From positions 352,001 through 416,000 of the forward strand of contig CAVTET010000004.1 in the NCBI GenBank assembly GCA_963733675.1: 64,000 nt of DNA. Direction: 5' to 3'. The position numbers and the translations under genes were made by a program. This DNA is from an uncultured Methanosarcinaceae archaeon. GTDB lineage: Archaea; Halobacteriota; Methanosarcinia; Methanosarcinales; Methanosarcinaceae. Of the stretch, positions 11,722 to 22,107 are shown one piece after another (the stretch's first letter is position 1; each line of letters begins with the position of its first letter). The notes under the pieces were generated by a model. That model worked only from the letters and a program-made list of their open reading frames with translations. It was not told the DNA's origin and did not search any database.

Positions 11722-13902
11722 TTAATTCTGCCTAATTATATTTTTAACCCGCCTGTCCCATTCTGTAGACTCAAAAAGTTCTCTGAGTTCTGAAGAGTCA
11801 TTAATAAAGCAGAAACCCCAATAAACTGCAGGCAGGAATTCTCGTTTCCATTGCTCTTTCTTCCTCTTATCAATGAACTGATATGTTTTTGAAGACGATA
11901 GACGGCTTACGAACCCCAGGGCCTTTACAAGATCCGGGATAGTCTTCTGTGCAGAACCGAGTTTAAGACATTTAAGTCTGTACATATCTATTTCCCTGAA
12001 ATCTGATTCGAAACCCAAGGTATTCAATATCCGGTTTTTTTCGGATATAGAAAGGTGTTTACCTTCATACTTAAGGGAATTTAAAGCCTGAAGTTTCAGC
12101 AGCCACTCAACTTCCCCGAAGACCTTAGGTTTGTGCCGCCTCGGGACATCTCCTAATCTGCGGTCTTCATATGCTTCCCGCTTGAGCTTATTAATCTGTT
12201 CTGTAAGAATCAATAATTCTTCAGCATCTTTGACTTCCCTGACCCTGAATCTCAGAGCATCACGCATGAGTTCTCGTTTTTCCCTTTCAAAAGCTCCGAT
12301 ATTCTTTTCCTCTATTAGAGTCAGTAGGCGTGAGAAATATTTCGCCCTAAGGACGGTTGGAGGAAGTCTAACTGGCATTTCCTTAAACTGTGTATCTTTT
12401 CCTTTTCCGAGTGCTCTAAGCTCTACCTTGTTGATCTTAATCTTTCCTTCTTCAATCGCCCTGGCTGCATCTCCCTCGGAAAATAGCTCTTCAATTCGTA
12501 TTTCAGGCTGTAGCATCTGGATTTGATTTACTTTTTCCCCATTAAAAATTCCTTCCCCAAAGCGCTGGTAGAGAGATTCAATGTTATCCGAAATTTCAAC
12601 AATTCTTCCATGTTGCTTCCCTGATGCAGGGGACAGCCTCGTCACCCTCCCGATCTGTTGCTCAAAAAGACGCATGCTCAGGGTAGGACGCAGCAGGAAA
12701 AGGGATTCTAGGCCCGGGAAGTCAAAACCTTCAATCAACATACCTACAGCACAGAGGATATAAGGAGGTCTCCCGATCTCTTTGAAAGCTGCAATAAGGT
12801 CATTTTGAGTTTCTTTAGGCAATTCAGAAGTTATAAATACCGAATTTTTGAATTGCCCTTCGGGGGTATAATTCTCAAAACTTGCGGGCAGGACAGGGGC
12901 AGAGCCCTGATTCAGTTCTGCATCAGAAATCTCTCCATTGAAAACCGAGGAAGTAAGCTTTGCATGAAAAGCATTAATTTCTTTTCCACATGCTCCAGCT
13001 CCATATACCCGCTTCCGGACAGGGGCACAAAATACAAGGGTTTTTGAAGCTTTTTGTTTTACCATCAAATCGTAAACATCTTTTGCAAACTGTGTTCTTC
13101 GTATAACTTTATTCAACTTATCAACAGTGCTGCAGTCAAGAAAAAGATCCTGCTTATCAAGTTCATCCAAACCTTTTTCGAAATCAAAAATCTCAAAAAT
13201 GTCTTCTGAACTTTCTGCAATCGTATATTTGAGGGGTGCAAGTTCTCCGTCTATAATACATTCAGGAAGCGTTTTAGAGTAAATCTCTCTCATATCCCCT
13301 GCAATTTCATCCACGAACTTGACATTTCCGACTATACCCTGGAATGGAGTCGCAGTCATGCCCAAGATTTTTGTCCGTTCACCAAACTCATTGAGAAAAT
13401 CGTTCCCTTTGTTGTTGATGAAGTTATGAATTTCATCCACTATCGCAATGTCTGTAAATTCAAGAATTAGATCTTTGATTTCAGAACCCTGTTTTCCCAA
13501 TATTGTCTGCAAAGAGGCGAAAAGCACAAAACCTCCACTTTTTTCTTTCCCTAGATATTTCAAAATTTCAGCAAGTTCATTTTTATCTACCTTATGCTCA
13601 GAAGAGAGGATTGCACTATTGGGAAAAATAGGGTGTTTTTTCTTTCCATCATAATAGGTTTGATTAAGAAGAGGGTTGTTTTTCGAGACTAGGAAAAGCA
13701 TAATCTTTCCTTCGTCGTAGTAAGTTTTCATGATGTGTTTCGAAACAAAGGTCTTTCCCCATCCAGTGGGAACCTTGATGTAACCTCTCTGATTTGTTTC
13801 AAAATATTTCAAAAGATCTTTAACAATTCTTTTCTTATTTTCCTTCATGGGCTCAAGATAAATGGGTTTCACTCCGGCTGTGGCTTCATCTAAAATCGTC
13901 AT
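11722..13902 (-). CDS. SF2 DEAD/DEAH-box helicase (ResIII-like)
   Basis: Motif I PTGWGKT, II DEIH, III TAT, V LIEGFDFP, VI QQIGRVTR. Confidence 0.92.
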   Translation of the reverse strand: MTILDEATAGVKPIYLEPMKENKKRIVKDLLKYFETNQRGYIKVPTGWGKTFVSKHIMKTYYDEGKIMLFLVSKNNPLLNQTYYDGKKKHPIFPNSAILSSEHKVDKNELAEILKYLGKEKSGGFVLFASLQTILGKQGSEIKDLILEFTDIAIVDEIHNFINNKGNDFLNEFGERTKILGMTATPFQGIVGNVKFVDEIAGDMREIYSKTLPECIIDGELAPLKYTIAESSEDIFEIFDFEKGLDELDKQDLFLDCSTVDKLNKVIRRTQFAKDVYDLMVKQKASKTLVFCAPVRKRVYGAGACGKEINAFHAKLTSSVFNGEISDAELNQGSAPVLPASFENYTPEGQFKNSVFITSELPKETQNDLIAAFKEIGRPPYILCAVGMLIEGFDFPGLESLFLLRPTLSMRLFEQQIGRVTRLSPASGKQHGRIVEISDNIESLYQRFGEGIFNGEKVNQIQMLQPEIRIEELFSEGDAARAIEEGKIKINKVELRALGKGKDTQFKEMPVRLPPTVLRAKYFSRLLTLIEEKNIGAFEREKRELMRDALRFRVREVKDAEELLILTEQINKLKREAYEDRRLGDVPRRHKPKVFGEVEWLLKLQALNSLKYEGKHLSISEKNRILNTLGFESDFREIDMYRLKCLKLGSAQKTIPDLVKALGFVSRLSSSKTYQFIDKRKKEQWKREFLPAVYWGFCFINDSSELRELFESTEWDRRVKNIIRQN

Positions 13903-14062
13903 CAGTACATTGTCCTCATGCTATTTATTGTAGAAACTTTTAAAGTACCTTTTCAGAACCAAAATATACATTACACAGAAGTTTCTTGAGTAATTGAATA
14001 TTCCACACAACAAAAAACATTTCATAAAACTGAACACATTATAAAAAGTAATTCCCCTCGAA

Positions 14063-14140
14063 TTGCAGAGGATTTCAATAAACGTCTCAATTTATATAAA
14101 TAATTCATGAAAATCAGAGGTTTACCCAAATCCTCTGCAA
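14063..14140. mobile_element. Short MITE, AGAGGATTTC-end family
   Basis: Perfect 13-bp IR TTGCAGAGGATTT / AAATCCTCTGCAA. Confidence 0.7.
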
Positions 14141-14409
14141 ACGATTCATAAAAAAATTTAGTCCAGAAAACTTCTGTTTATACCTTTCTCTTCAAAAGCT
14201 GAAAAGAATAAACTCTGGAAACGCTTTTCTTTAAAAAGAATCCCTGTTAAAGAATAAGGATTACATCAATATATATTTTATGCCAAAAAAGTCAGAGAAG
14301 AGTGATAAATAAGGAACTTTGATTTCTTTAACTACTTTGTGCTTTTTCCTGAAATAATTTAGCTTAAAAACTTGTTTTAATTTTGTCATATTAGCATAAC
14401 CCAAACAAC

Positions 14410-14628
14410 TTAGCTCCTGTTATAAATTTTGCTTCCACTATCAATTTGTTCAATAAAACATTTCCTAAGGAGTACAGTTTCCCAAGTTTTTAGTCTATGT
14501 GATGCCTTTTGTGTATCATTGAATGAATTTCTTAAAATTTTTAAACTCATCTCTGAAATTAGTTTGTTCAAGAACCGAAGCCGAATTTCGACTTCTTTAG
14601 ATTTGAGAGGAATGGGTAATCGTATCAA
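14410..14628 (-). CDS. Hypothetical small protein
   Basis: 72-codon ORF in otherwise non-coding sequence; no recognised motif. Confidence 0.3.
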   Translation of the reverse strand: MIRLPIPLKSKEVEIRLRFLNKLISEMSLKILRNSFNDTQKASHRLKTWETVLLRKCFIEQIDSGSKIYNRS

Positions 14629-14898
14629 CCCTTATTTGTACAATATTCACACGAAACTCCTAAATATTTTTATATGAATATACTTATTATAGAATCTACT
14701 AAAACAATACAATTGAAAATAATGAATGTTTCAAATCTCCATTTTTAATGTGGCTAAAAAAAGAATGATAACTACAATCAGTTTTTTTCAAGACACCTTG
14801 AAGTGGTTTTGAATATACTATATTGGATTCAGTATTTCCATTTTTTTGGAATCAGAAAGCTTATTTTGTTGTTCAAAGTATTGATACTACGAATTTGT

Positions 14899-15750
14899 GG
14901 TTCCGTTGCAAAAACTTCAACAAAATATGTAAATCTATAAGTGATTAATAAAAATCAAAACATTCAAGGAAAATGTACTAACATTATAAAACTATATCAA
15001 ATAATTGATTAATGTATTTGACTTCATTAAGAACAGAGTAATTTAGATCGATTACTTGTCCTTTTTGATCATATTTATAGCTTCAATTCCTTTTAAAGTC
15101 TTATTAGCAGATCGAAAAGACTGAAATCCTAACATTGGATTAACGATTCGCTTTATAGATCTGTGATCTTGTTCTATAATGTTATTCAAATACTTGATTT
15201 GTCGAATGCCTACGTTTTTAGGTAGTATTTTATCAATTTTTAGTTTATCTATAGCAGGTGGATAAGCTGGATTCTTATCAACGGTTATTAATCTTGGAAT
15301 TTGATTATGATTAGAACTTAAAGCTTTCTTAAAGAATCTCTTTGCTGCTTTTCTATCTCGTTTTGAACTTAACATGAAAGCAATTGTATCTCCATTTGAG
15401 TCAACTGCTCGGTAAAAATATTTCCATTTACCTTTTACTTTGATATAGGTTTCGTCAACTCTCCACGAATAGTTTGTTAGTCTTAAATGTCTTCTTATCT
15501 TCTTTTCGATTTCAGGAGAATATTGATGTACCCATCTCATGATTGTTGTATGGTCGACTTTTACTCCCCTTTCTGCCATCATTTCCTTTAAAGTTCTATA
15601 ACTTAATGCATATTTTAAGTACCATCTTACATTCAATAAGATAATTTCCCCTTCATAATGCTTCCATTTAAAGGAATTAGATAGCATGTTACTATCTTTG
15701 GTTTTTTTTATTCTATTGTATCATTAGAAAGGATTTTTTGCAACGGAACC
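14899..15750 (-). mobile_element. IS6-family insertion sequence, copy 1
   Basis: TIRs GGTTCCGTTGCAAAAA at 14899 and TTTTTGCAACGGAACC ending at 15750. Confidence 0.95.
15052..15687 (-). pseudogene. IS6 DDE transposase, frameshifted near the C-terminus
   Basis: WRVDETYIKVKG, ITVDKNPAY and NNIIEQDHR motifs. T5 at 15062-15066 instead of T6 gives MIKKDK* where the other copies have MIKKGQV. Confidence 0.9.
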
Positions 15751-15774
15751 AGAAATATTGTCTTATCGCGGTTT

Positions 15775-16266
15775 TTAGCCAAGTTTTTCGAATTTGGATA
15801 CAGGTGCCCCACAAATTGGACATTTTCCATGAGGTTCACATTCCTTAGTATATCCGCAGATACTGCAGACGTAGTAATCAACTTCTTCATTCTTTCCAAT
15901 TTCATCCAGGGCTTTTTCGTATAATCCAGCATGGATCTTTTCTACTTTATTTGCCACCTCAAAGCTCCAGAGAGCCCTGTTATCCCCTTCTTCCTTTGCC
16001 GCATCTATAAATTTGGGGTACATTTTTGTAAATTCGTATGTTTCGCCGTTAATGGCATCTTTCAAGTTGTCCATTGTAGTTCCAATCCCACCCATACGCT
16101 GGAAATGATTGAAAGCGTGGACAGTTTCCGCAGCAGCAGCAGCTCTAAATAATTTAGCTATCTGATGATACCCTTCTTCATCGGCTTTTTTCGCAAAGGC
16201 CAAGTATGTCCTGTTTGCCATTGATTCGCCAGTAAATGCAGCTCTAAGATCATCTTTGGAACTCAT
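15775..16266 (-). CDS. rbr: Rubrerythrin
   Basis: GESMANRTY, ETVH and EKIH diiron motifs, plus C-terminal CSICG..CPICG. Confidence 0.93.
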   Translation of the reverse strand: MSSKDDLRAAFTGESMANRTYLAFAKKADEEGYHQIAKLFRAAAAAETVHAFNHFQRMGGIGTTMDNLKDAINGETYEFTKMYPKFIDAAKEEGDNRALWSFEVANKVEKIHAGLYEKALDEIGKNEEVDYYVCSICGYTKECEPHGKCPICGAPVSKFEKLG

Positions 16267-16572
16267 AAATATCTCCCTTAATTTAAATTTTTTTCACCCT
16301 AATTAGTGGTTATATATATCATTTTAACGCCAATGATGTATCACAAAATTATCAACGTATCTATGGCAGCATAGTATTCCTTTTTACCCATACCTGATAT
16401 ATATTCTGAAAACGAGCTATATAACCTCAAAAATTCAGATAGTTATAAGATTTTGGCGAAGTACTAAATCTAATTGCTATGACTCTAGAAAAGCTTATAA
16501 AATGACTGGCAATTATACATCAACTAAATCTTTTGAAGTACTGGAATCACCTTAGACTAGCTTCTAGAATAG

Positions 16573-17400
16573 ATGATAAAAATGGTTCAGAAAATGCACT
16601 ACTCAAGGAGGAACAATTCTCCTTTCCTACTTGAATTAAAAAACGTAACTGTTATCAAGTGTAGGAAAAAGATCCTCGATTCGGTATCAATCTCTATTGA
16701 ACAGGGAGAACATGTTGCAATTATAGGGCCAAATGGCTCTGGAAAATCCTCTCTTATCAAGACTTTTACAAAGGAATACCATCCTCTTGCATCAACCGAC
16801 GAGTTTGTTCTAAAGATAATGGGCAAAGATATCTGGAATGTTTTTGAGCTCAGAAAATTATTGGGAATAGTCTCTGGAGATCTTCAGCAGACATACTGCC
16901 GTCAGATTAACGTTTTGGATGTAATACTCTCTGGATTTTTCAGCAGTATAGGAATTCATTATAATCATGACGTTACTCCTGAAATGGAAAACAGAGCCAG
17001 AGAAATTTTGGAATTCCTTGAAATTTTACATCTGGAAAACAGACTTATATGCGAACTCTCCACCGGAGAAGCCAGACGAATACTGATAGGAAGAGCCCTG
17101 GTGCATGATCCCTATGCCCTTGTTTTAGATGAACCAGCAAACAGCCTTGACCTAAAGGCTCTTTATAGCTTCCGCGAGTGCATCAGGAAAATTGCAAGTT
17201 CAGGAAAAAGCGTGATCCTGGTCACTCACAATCTTCAGGACATTATTCCCGAAATAAACCGTGTGGTTCTCATAAGAGAGGGAAAAATCTTCAGAGATGG
17301 GAAAAAAGGTGATATCCTAACAGATGCCAACCTCTCAGAACTTTTATCCCTCCCAGTAAGGGTTCTGGAAAAGGGAGGGTTCTACCAAGCTCTGATCTGA
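16573..17400 (+). CDS. ABC transporter ATP-binding protein (ModF-like)
   Basis: GPNGSGKS, LSTGE, LVLDEP and VTH motifs. No permease adjacent. Confidence 0.9.
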   Translation: MIKMVQKMHYSRRNNSPFLLELKNVTVIKCRKKILDSVSISIEQGEHVAIIGPNGSGKSSLIKTFTKEYHPLASTDEFVLKIMGKDIWNVFELRKLLGIVSGDLQQTYCRQINVLDVILSGFFSSIGIHYNHDVTPEMENRAREILEFLEILHLENRLICELSTGEARRILIGRALVHDPYALVLDEPANSLDLKALYSFRECIRKIASSGKSVILVTHNLQDIIPEINRVVLIREGKIFRDGKKGDILTDANLSELLSLPVRVLEKGGFYQALI

Positions 17401-17920
17401 TGAGAATTATTCTGCAGCTCGTAAATAAGTCATCGAACTTTACCCTACAAAGTGTAGAGAGCTGCTCCACCCGTTATTTTTCCAGCAACACACTCGACTC
17501 TAAATTTTTATATTTCTTAATCCTATATTCCAAGTCACTTTCATCTGACGTGACTAAGTTAGGTGCTTTAAGAGATGATTAGTTTCCTCTTTCGGCTTAC
17601 TCTACCGTTTCGGAATATATTCTCTTATGATATCAGATGTCACATTTTCAATTGGTTAGAGAGAAATCATGAAACGCATTACTACGACAGTAAACTCAAC
17701 CTAACGGCTTCTACAAGCCTTCGCCGACGAACAGACCGGTAACAGTGTAGCACAGGGAATAATTAATCAAGTGCCTACCGTTCGACTGTCAGCCGAGTGC
17801 AACCTGATAGGCGCTGACGACTGCACTGGTTTAGTGTTCACCGAGAGTGCTGACGAGGCGACTCGCTAGTGACAATCACGTAACTTCACTGCGACTATAG
17901 GAGTCTCCGACCGTACAGGC
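17401..17920. other. Compositionally atypical segment of unknown nature
   Basis: The distal half is CpG-rich and lacks the long A/T runs seen elsewhere. No recognisable protein in the frames I translated. It abuts the truncated CDF gene. Confidence 0.5.
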
Positions 17921-18476
17921 TGTTGGTTTTTTGGGAAACGAATTAGTTGCAAAGTTCAGGATTAGGGTGGGGAGGGAAATCGGGAGCGCTGCTCTTGTTG
18001 TAGATGGTTACCATGCGCAGGAAGACGGTTTTTCTAGCCTTGCCGTGCTTTTCGGGGCATTTGGTATCTGGTTAGGTTATCCACTTGCTGATCCTTTAAT
18101 AGGACTTCTTATTACAATTGTAATCTTGTGAATAGTCTGGGAAGCAGGTAAATCAGTATTCTACCGTATGCTTGATGGTGTGGAACCAGGAATTGTTGAC
18201 GAGATCCATCAGGTCGTTAGTAAGGTAGAAAATGTAAGGGATGTGACTGAGATACGAGTAAGCTGGCTTAGGCACAGGCTTCACGCGGAAGTGAATATTG
18301 CGGTAGACCCACTGTTTTCTGTTGAAGAAGGGCATTCAACTGCCGTGGAGATACGACAGAAAATGATACATGATCTAAGTTACCTCTCGAATGCAGTTGT
18401 ACATGTAGACCCACTTGATTCATCTGGAGAATTTTTCCATCAATCTTCGAAAACAAGGAAACATATTGTAACGTGA
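17919..18476 (+). pseudogene. Cation diffusion facilitator, 3' half only, with an internal TGA
   Basis: VGFLGNELVAKFRIRVGREIGSAALVVDGYHAQED..ADPLIGLLIT, TGA at 18129-18131, then C-terminal RLHAEVNIAVD..VVHVDP. Confidence 0.85.
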
Positions 18477-18720
18477 GATCATAAATCAGGAGACAGGAAT
18501 AGCACAGCATATTTTACTTCTTACTTCCTATTATTCTGGATGTGGTAGGGCTTGCGATTTGTAAAAGAATTATAGAAAGGCATGTAGGGGTATATGAGTA
18601 AAATAGGAACTAGGAAAATGTTCGACTTTTTATTTCACTTTAACAATTAATCCTGTAGAATTTCAAAAACTAAATTTTAATACATAAGAAAAAAAACTTT
18701 TAATTTTTTATTGAAATTAA

Positions 18721-19574
18721 GGTTCCGTTGCAAAAAAATCAAAAAAATATGTAAATCTATAAGTAATGAATAAAAATCAAAGTATTCAAGGAAAATGTAC
18801 TAACATTATAAAACTATACCAAACAATTGATTAATGTATTTGACTTCATTAAGAACAGAGTAATTTAAATTATTGACTTGTCCTTTTTTGATCATATTCA
18901 TAGTTTCAATTATTTTTAAAGTTTTATTAGCAGACCGAAAAGACTGAAATCCTAATATTGGATTAACGATTCGCTTTATAGATCTATGATCTTGTTCTAT
19001 AATGTTATTCAAATACTTGATTTGTCGAATGCCTACGTTTTTAGGTAGTATTTTATCAATTTTTAGTTTATCTATAGCAGGTGGATAAGCTGAATTCTTA
19101 TCAACGGTTATTAATCTTGGAATTTGATTATGATTAGAACTTAAAGCTTTCTTAAAGAATCTCTTCGCTGCCTTTCTATCTCGTTTTGAACTTAACATGA
19201 AATCAATTGTATCTACATTGGAATCAACTGCTCGATAAAGATATTTCCATTTACCTTTTACTTTGATATAGGTTTCATCAACTCTCCATGAATCATTTGT
19301 TAGTCTTAAATGTCTTCTGATCTTTTTTTCTATCTCAGGGAAATATTGATGCACCCATCTCATTATAGTACTGTGATCAACTTGAATTCCTCTTTCTATC
19401 ATCATTTCCTTTAAATTTCTATAGCTCAATGGATATTTTAAGTACCATCTTAAATTTAATAGGATAATTTCTCCTTCATAATGCTTCCATTTAAAGGAAT
19501 TAGATAGCATATTACTATCTTTGGTTTTCTTTTTATTCTATTGTATCATTAGAAAGGATTTTTGCAACGGAACC
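18721..19574 (-). mobile_element. IS6-family insertion sequence, copy 2
   Basis: Same TIRs as copy 1. Confidence 0.95.
18806..19510 (-). CDS. IS6 DDE transposase
   Basis: Full-length 234 aa with the DDE motifs. Confidence 0.93.
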   Translation of the reverse strand: MLSNSFKWKHYEGEIILLNLRWYLKYPLSYRNLKEMMIERGIQVDHSTIMRWVHQYFPEIEKKIRRHLRLTNDSWRVDETYIKVKGKWKYLYRAVDSNVDTIDFMLSSKRDRKAAKRFFKKALSSNHNQIPRLITVDKNSAYPPAIDKLKIDKILPKNVGIRQIKYLNNIIEQDHRSIKRIVNPILGFQSFRSANKTLKIIETMNMIKKGQVNNLNYSVLNEVKYINQLFGIVL

Positions 19575-19798
19575 ATAGTTAGACCCAAAATTTTAGAAAA
19601 ATTAGTCCATACTAAAGGTAGTCTGCTGATCGTAATATCCACCAAAAAATTTTCATTTACAAACGGGTATTATTTAATAGACATGTCTTCGTATTTATGT
19701 GCATACAGAGAAACAATTTCTCACTTAGATGTGGTATCCAACAAATATTTTGGAATAATGATCCGAAAACCTTCACATATCTGGAGGCAATAATCCGA

Positions 19799-19930
19799 AT
19801 GCCTGCATGCCAAGATTGTAAATTTTATGCATCTGTTGATGAGCAAAAGGGCGAATGTTTTAGCCTAGGCTTTGAAGTACGTGGTAAAACCGATTCTAAG
19901 CAGGCCTTCAGCCTGGAAAAAATGAGAAAA
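19799..19930 (+). pseudogene. Small Cys-rich protein resembling the benzylsuccinate-synthase gamma-subunit family, 3' end damaged
   Basis: GGAGG RBS, then MPACQDCKFYASVDEQKGECFSLGFEVRGKTDSKQ. The expected last Cys is missing and the frame runs on to 20125. Confidence 0.45.
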
Positions 19931-20540
19931 ACTTCCAATAATTTTTACGCTTTCTGCTCGCCGAAATTAAATGGCCTAGATAAAATCGCATTCAAGGTTT
20001 TAGCCCATTTTTTGCAGACATATCTGCCAACACATCACTTCCACGACACATTTCAAAGGAAAGAGTATCATGGGCTTCATTTTTTGTATCTTTTCTTTTT
20101 TGTACAAATTTGTGGCGAAGCCTAAAATATGAACAAAATTCTCTATGATATTTTTGGGAAGCACTTGATGAATGGATCATTTCATTCAATGCAAATTGCG
20201 CAGTGACTTCAAGATTTATCTTATCTGTGTTCTGGTGTGTTAATACTGAGGGATAACAGCAATGAAAAAATTTGTGTGAATGTCTAAACAACAAAATTTA
20301 GTTACGATTTTTGACAATTTAGATCCTCAAATCTATTTGGTAATGCAGTTGTCTCAAAAGCAATTTGGTGCACTTGATCAAGGTTATATTTAAGCCTTAA
20401 ATGAAATTCACATATTAGTATTATATAATTTTTAAAAATTGGGATTAATACAAACTTTCTGCTAAAGATAATCATGAAATCAATAAATTATTTCGATAAA
20501 CTCCTAAATTTAGTCATATGCTTATAAGTGATACATAAAT

Positions 20541-20690
20541 GGTTCCGTTGCAAAAATAATATTTCTGCATTTTGACACTATAATTTTCACCTTTGTGTAT
20601 CATTTTCTTTCTAATGAAAATGATTAACTTTCCTAATTGTGAAGGTTTTTTCTGATTTTGCAAGAAAGCCAGATTTTTTGCAACGGAACC
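20541..20690. mobile_element. 150-bp IS6-derived MITE with intact TIRs
   Basis: GGTTCCGTTGCAAAAA ... TTTTTGCAACGGAACC with no transposase between them. Confidence 0.92.
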
Positions 20691-20784
20691 CGATTTCTTT
20701 AATCTATTTAGATAAAGTGTCTTTATTGTGCCAAATTTCTGAGTTCTATGGAAGCTAGCATTAATTATGCTAAGTATGTTAAGT

Positions 20785-21163
20785 CTATTTGGCAAATTCA
20801 ATTGCTTTGTCATATGTTTTTATTGCTTCATCATGCTGTCCTAATTTATCTAAAATGGCTGCTTTATAGCTCCAAGTATCTGCATCCTGCGGGTTGATTT
20901 CAATTACTTTGTCGTATGCTTTTATTGCTTCATCGTTGTTACCGAATTCCTTCTGAGCTTGCCCTTTATTGTACCAAGCAGCTGAATCCTGTGGGTTAAT
21001 ATCAATTGCTTTGTCATATGCTATTATTGCTTCATCGTATTTTTTTAAATTGTCAAGAGCAGCTCCTTTGCTGTTCCAAGCAGCTGAATTTTTAGGATCA
21101 ATTTCAATTGCCTTGTCTTCTGCTTTTAGTGCTTCATCGAACTTGCCTAAAGCATTCAGAGCT
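20785..21163 (-). pseudogene. TPR protein, 5'-truncated
   Basis: ALNALGKFDEALKAEDKAIEIDPKNSAAWNSKG... about 3.5 TPRs with no start codon, cut by the MITE at 21162. Confidence 0.85.
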
Positions 21164-21253
21164 TAAAATTTTGATAAACCACTGATTCTCATGAGTAATT
21201 TATGTACTGCTTATAAGCAAATAAAGAAATAATAGGTTTATCAAAATTCTAAG
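21162..21253. mobile_element. Short MITE, AGAGGATTTC-end family
   Basis: IR CTTAAAATTTTGATAAACC / GGTTTATCAAAATTCTAAG; interior resembles 9544-9633. Confidence 0.65.
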
Positions 21254-22107
21254 TAGATATATAACTCTAATTAGATATATAGTTCTATACTGTTTGCTGT
21301 AAAATTTGCATAATAGTTATAACTTTAGAACTAAGTGGAAATACACTCAAAATATGTAATCAACCTTTTTTGCTTCGTTGTTGCACATTTCTTACTTTGA
21401 AGCCTATGAATAAATGGAAAAATAAAAAACAAAATATTTGTCAGTAAAACTATTGACTTTCCATTAATTATAATGAAGGACAAAATAGTAAGTAATCTAG
21501 AAGACTCAAAAAGAAAAAGGACAATGTTGAATACCTTAAAGAATATCGTTATTGCCCTAGAAATTAAGTGACTAACCCCTTTTTATTATCCATGGAGATA
21601 ATATCTACAAAAATGGAATTAATAACAATAAAATATTATTTATGCAATTAGTGGGATTATCAACCTGATGCTTTAAAGCTTATTCTTTTCTGATGTTTTC
21701 TCTTTATGCTTTTGGTTTAGTTAATTAGTTCCAAGTGTTCCAGTAGCTCCATATGTTCTAAAAGTCCCATAAGCTCCATGAGTAACAGATATGTATCTGG
21801 TGTGTATCTTTCCAGTGACATTTTATACTACGGATTGAAAATAACAGAATACTCTAAATTGTTTTAAACTTCCACTTTTTATCTTTTAGACTGCGTAAGT
21901 CCTATCATATTTCTGTTATGAAAATAAGTGTGTACTTTTTAACACCGTAGTCTTTTTTTAAACATACTTAGTTATATATATACAAAGACTTTATTATTTA
22001 AAAGTCTCTAATTATACTGATATATATTACATTTAAAAATCTTGTATTTTGGCATTCAGCCTAGGCTTTAGTAAAATATCAAAATAATATTTAAAAGACG
22101 ATCTATT

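Noticed and set aside
17805-17890. Hammerhead ribozyme (CTGACGA occurs twice)
   Set aside because: There is no correctly placed GAAA core or matching three-stem junction.
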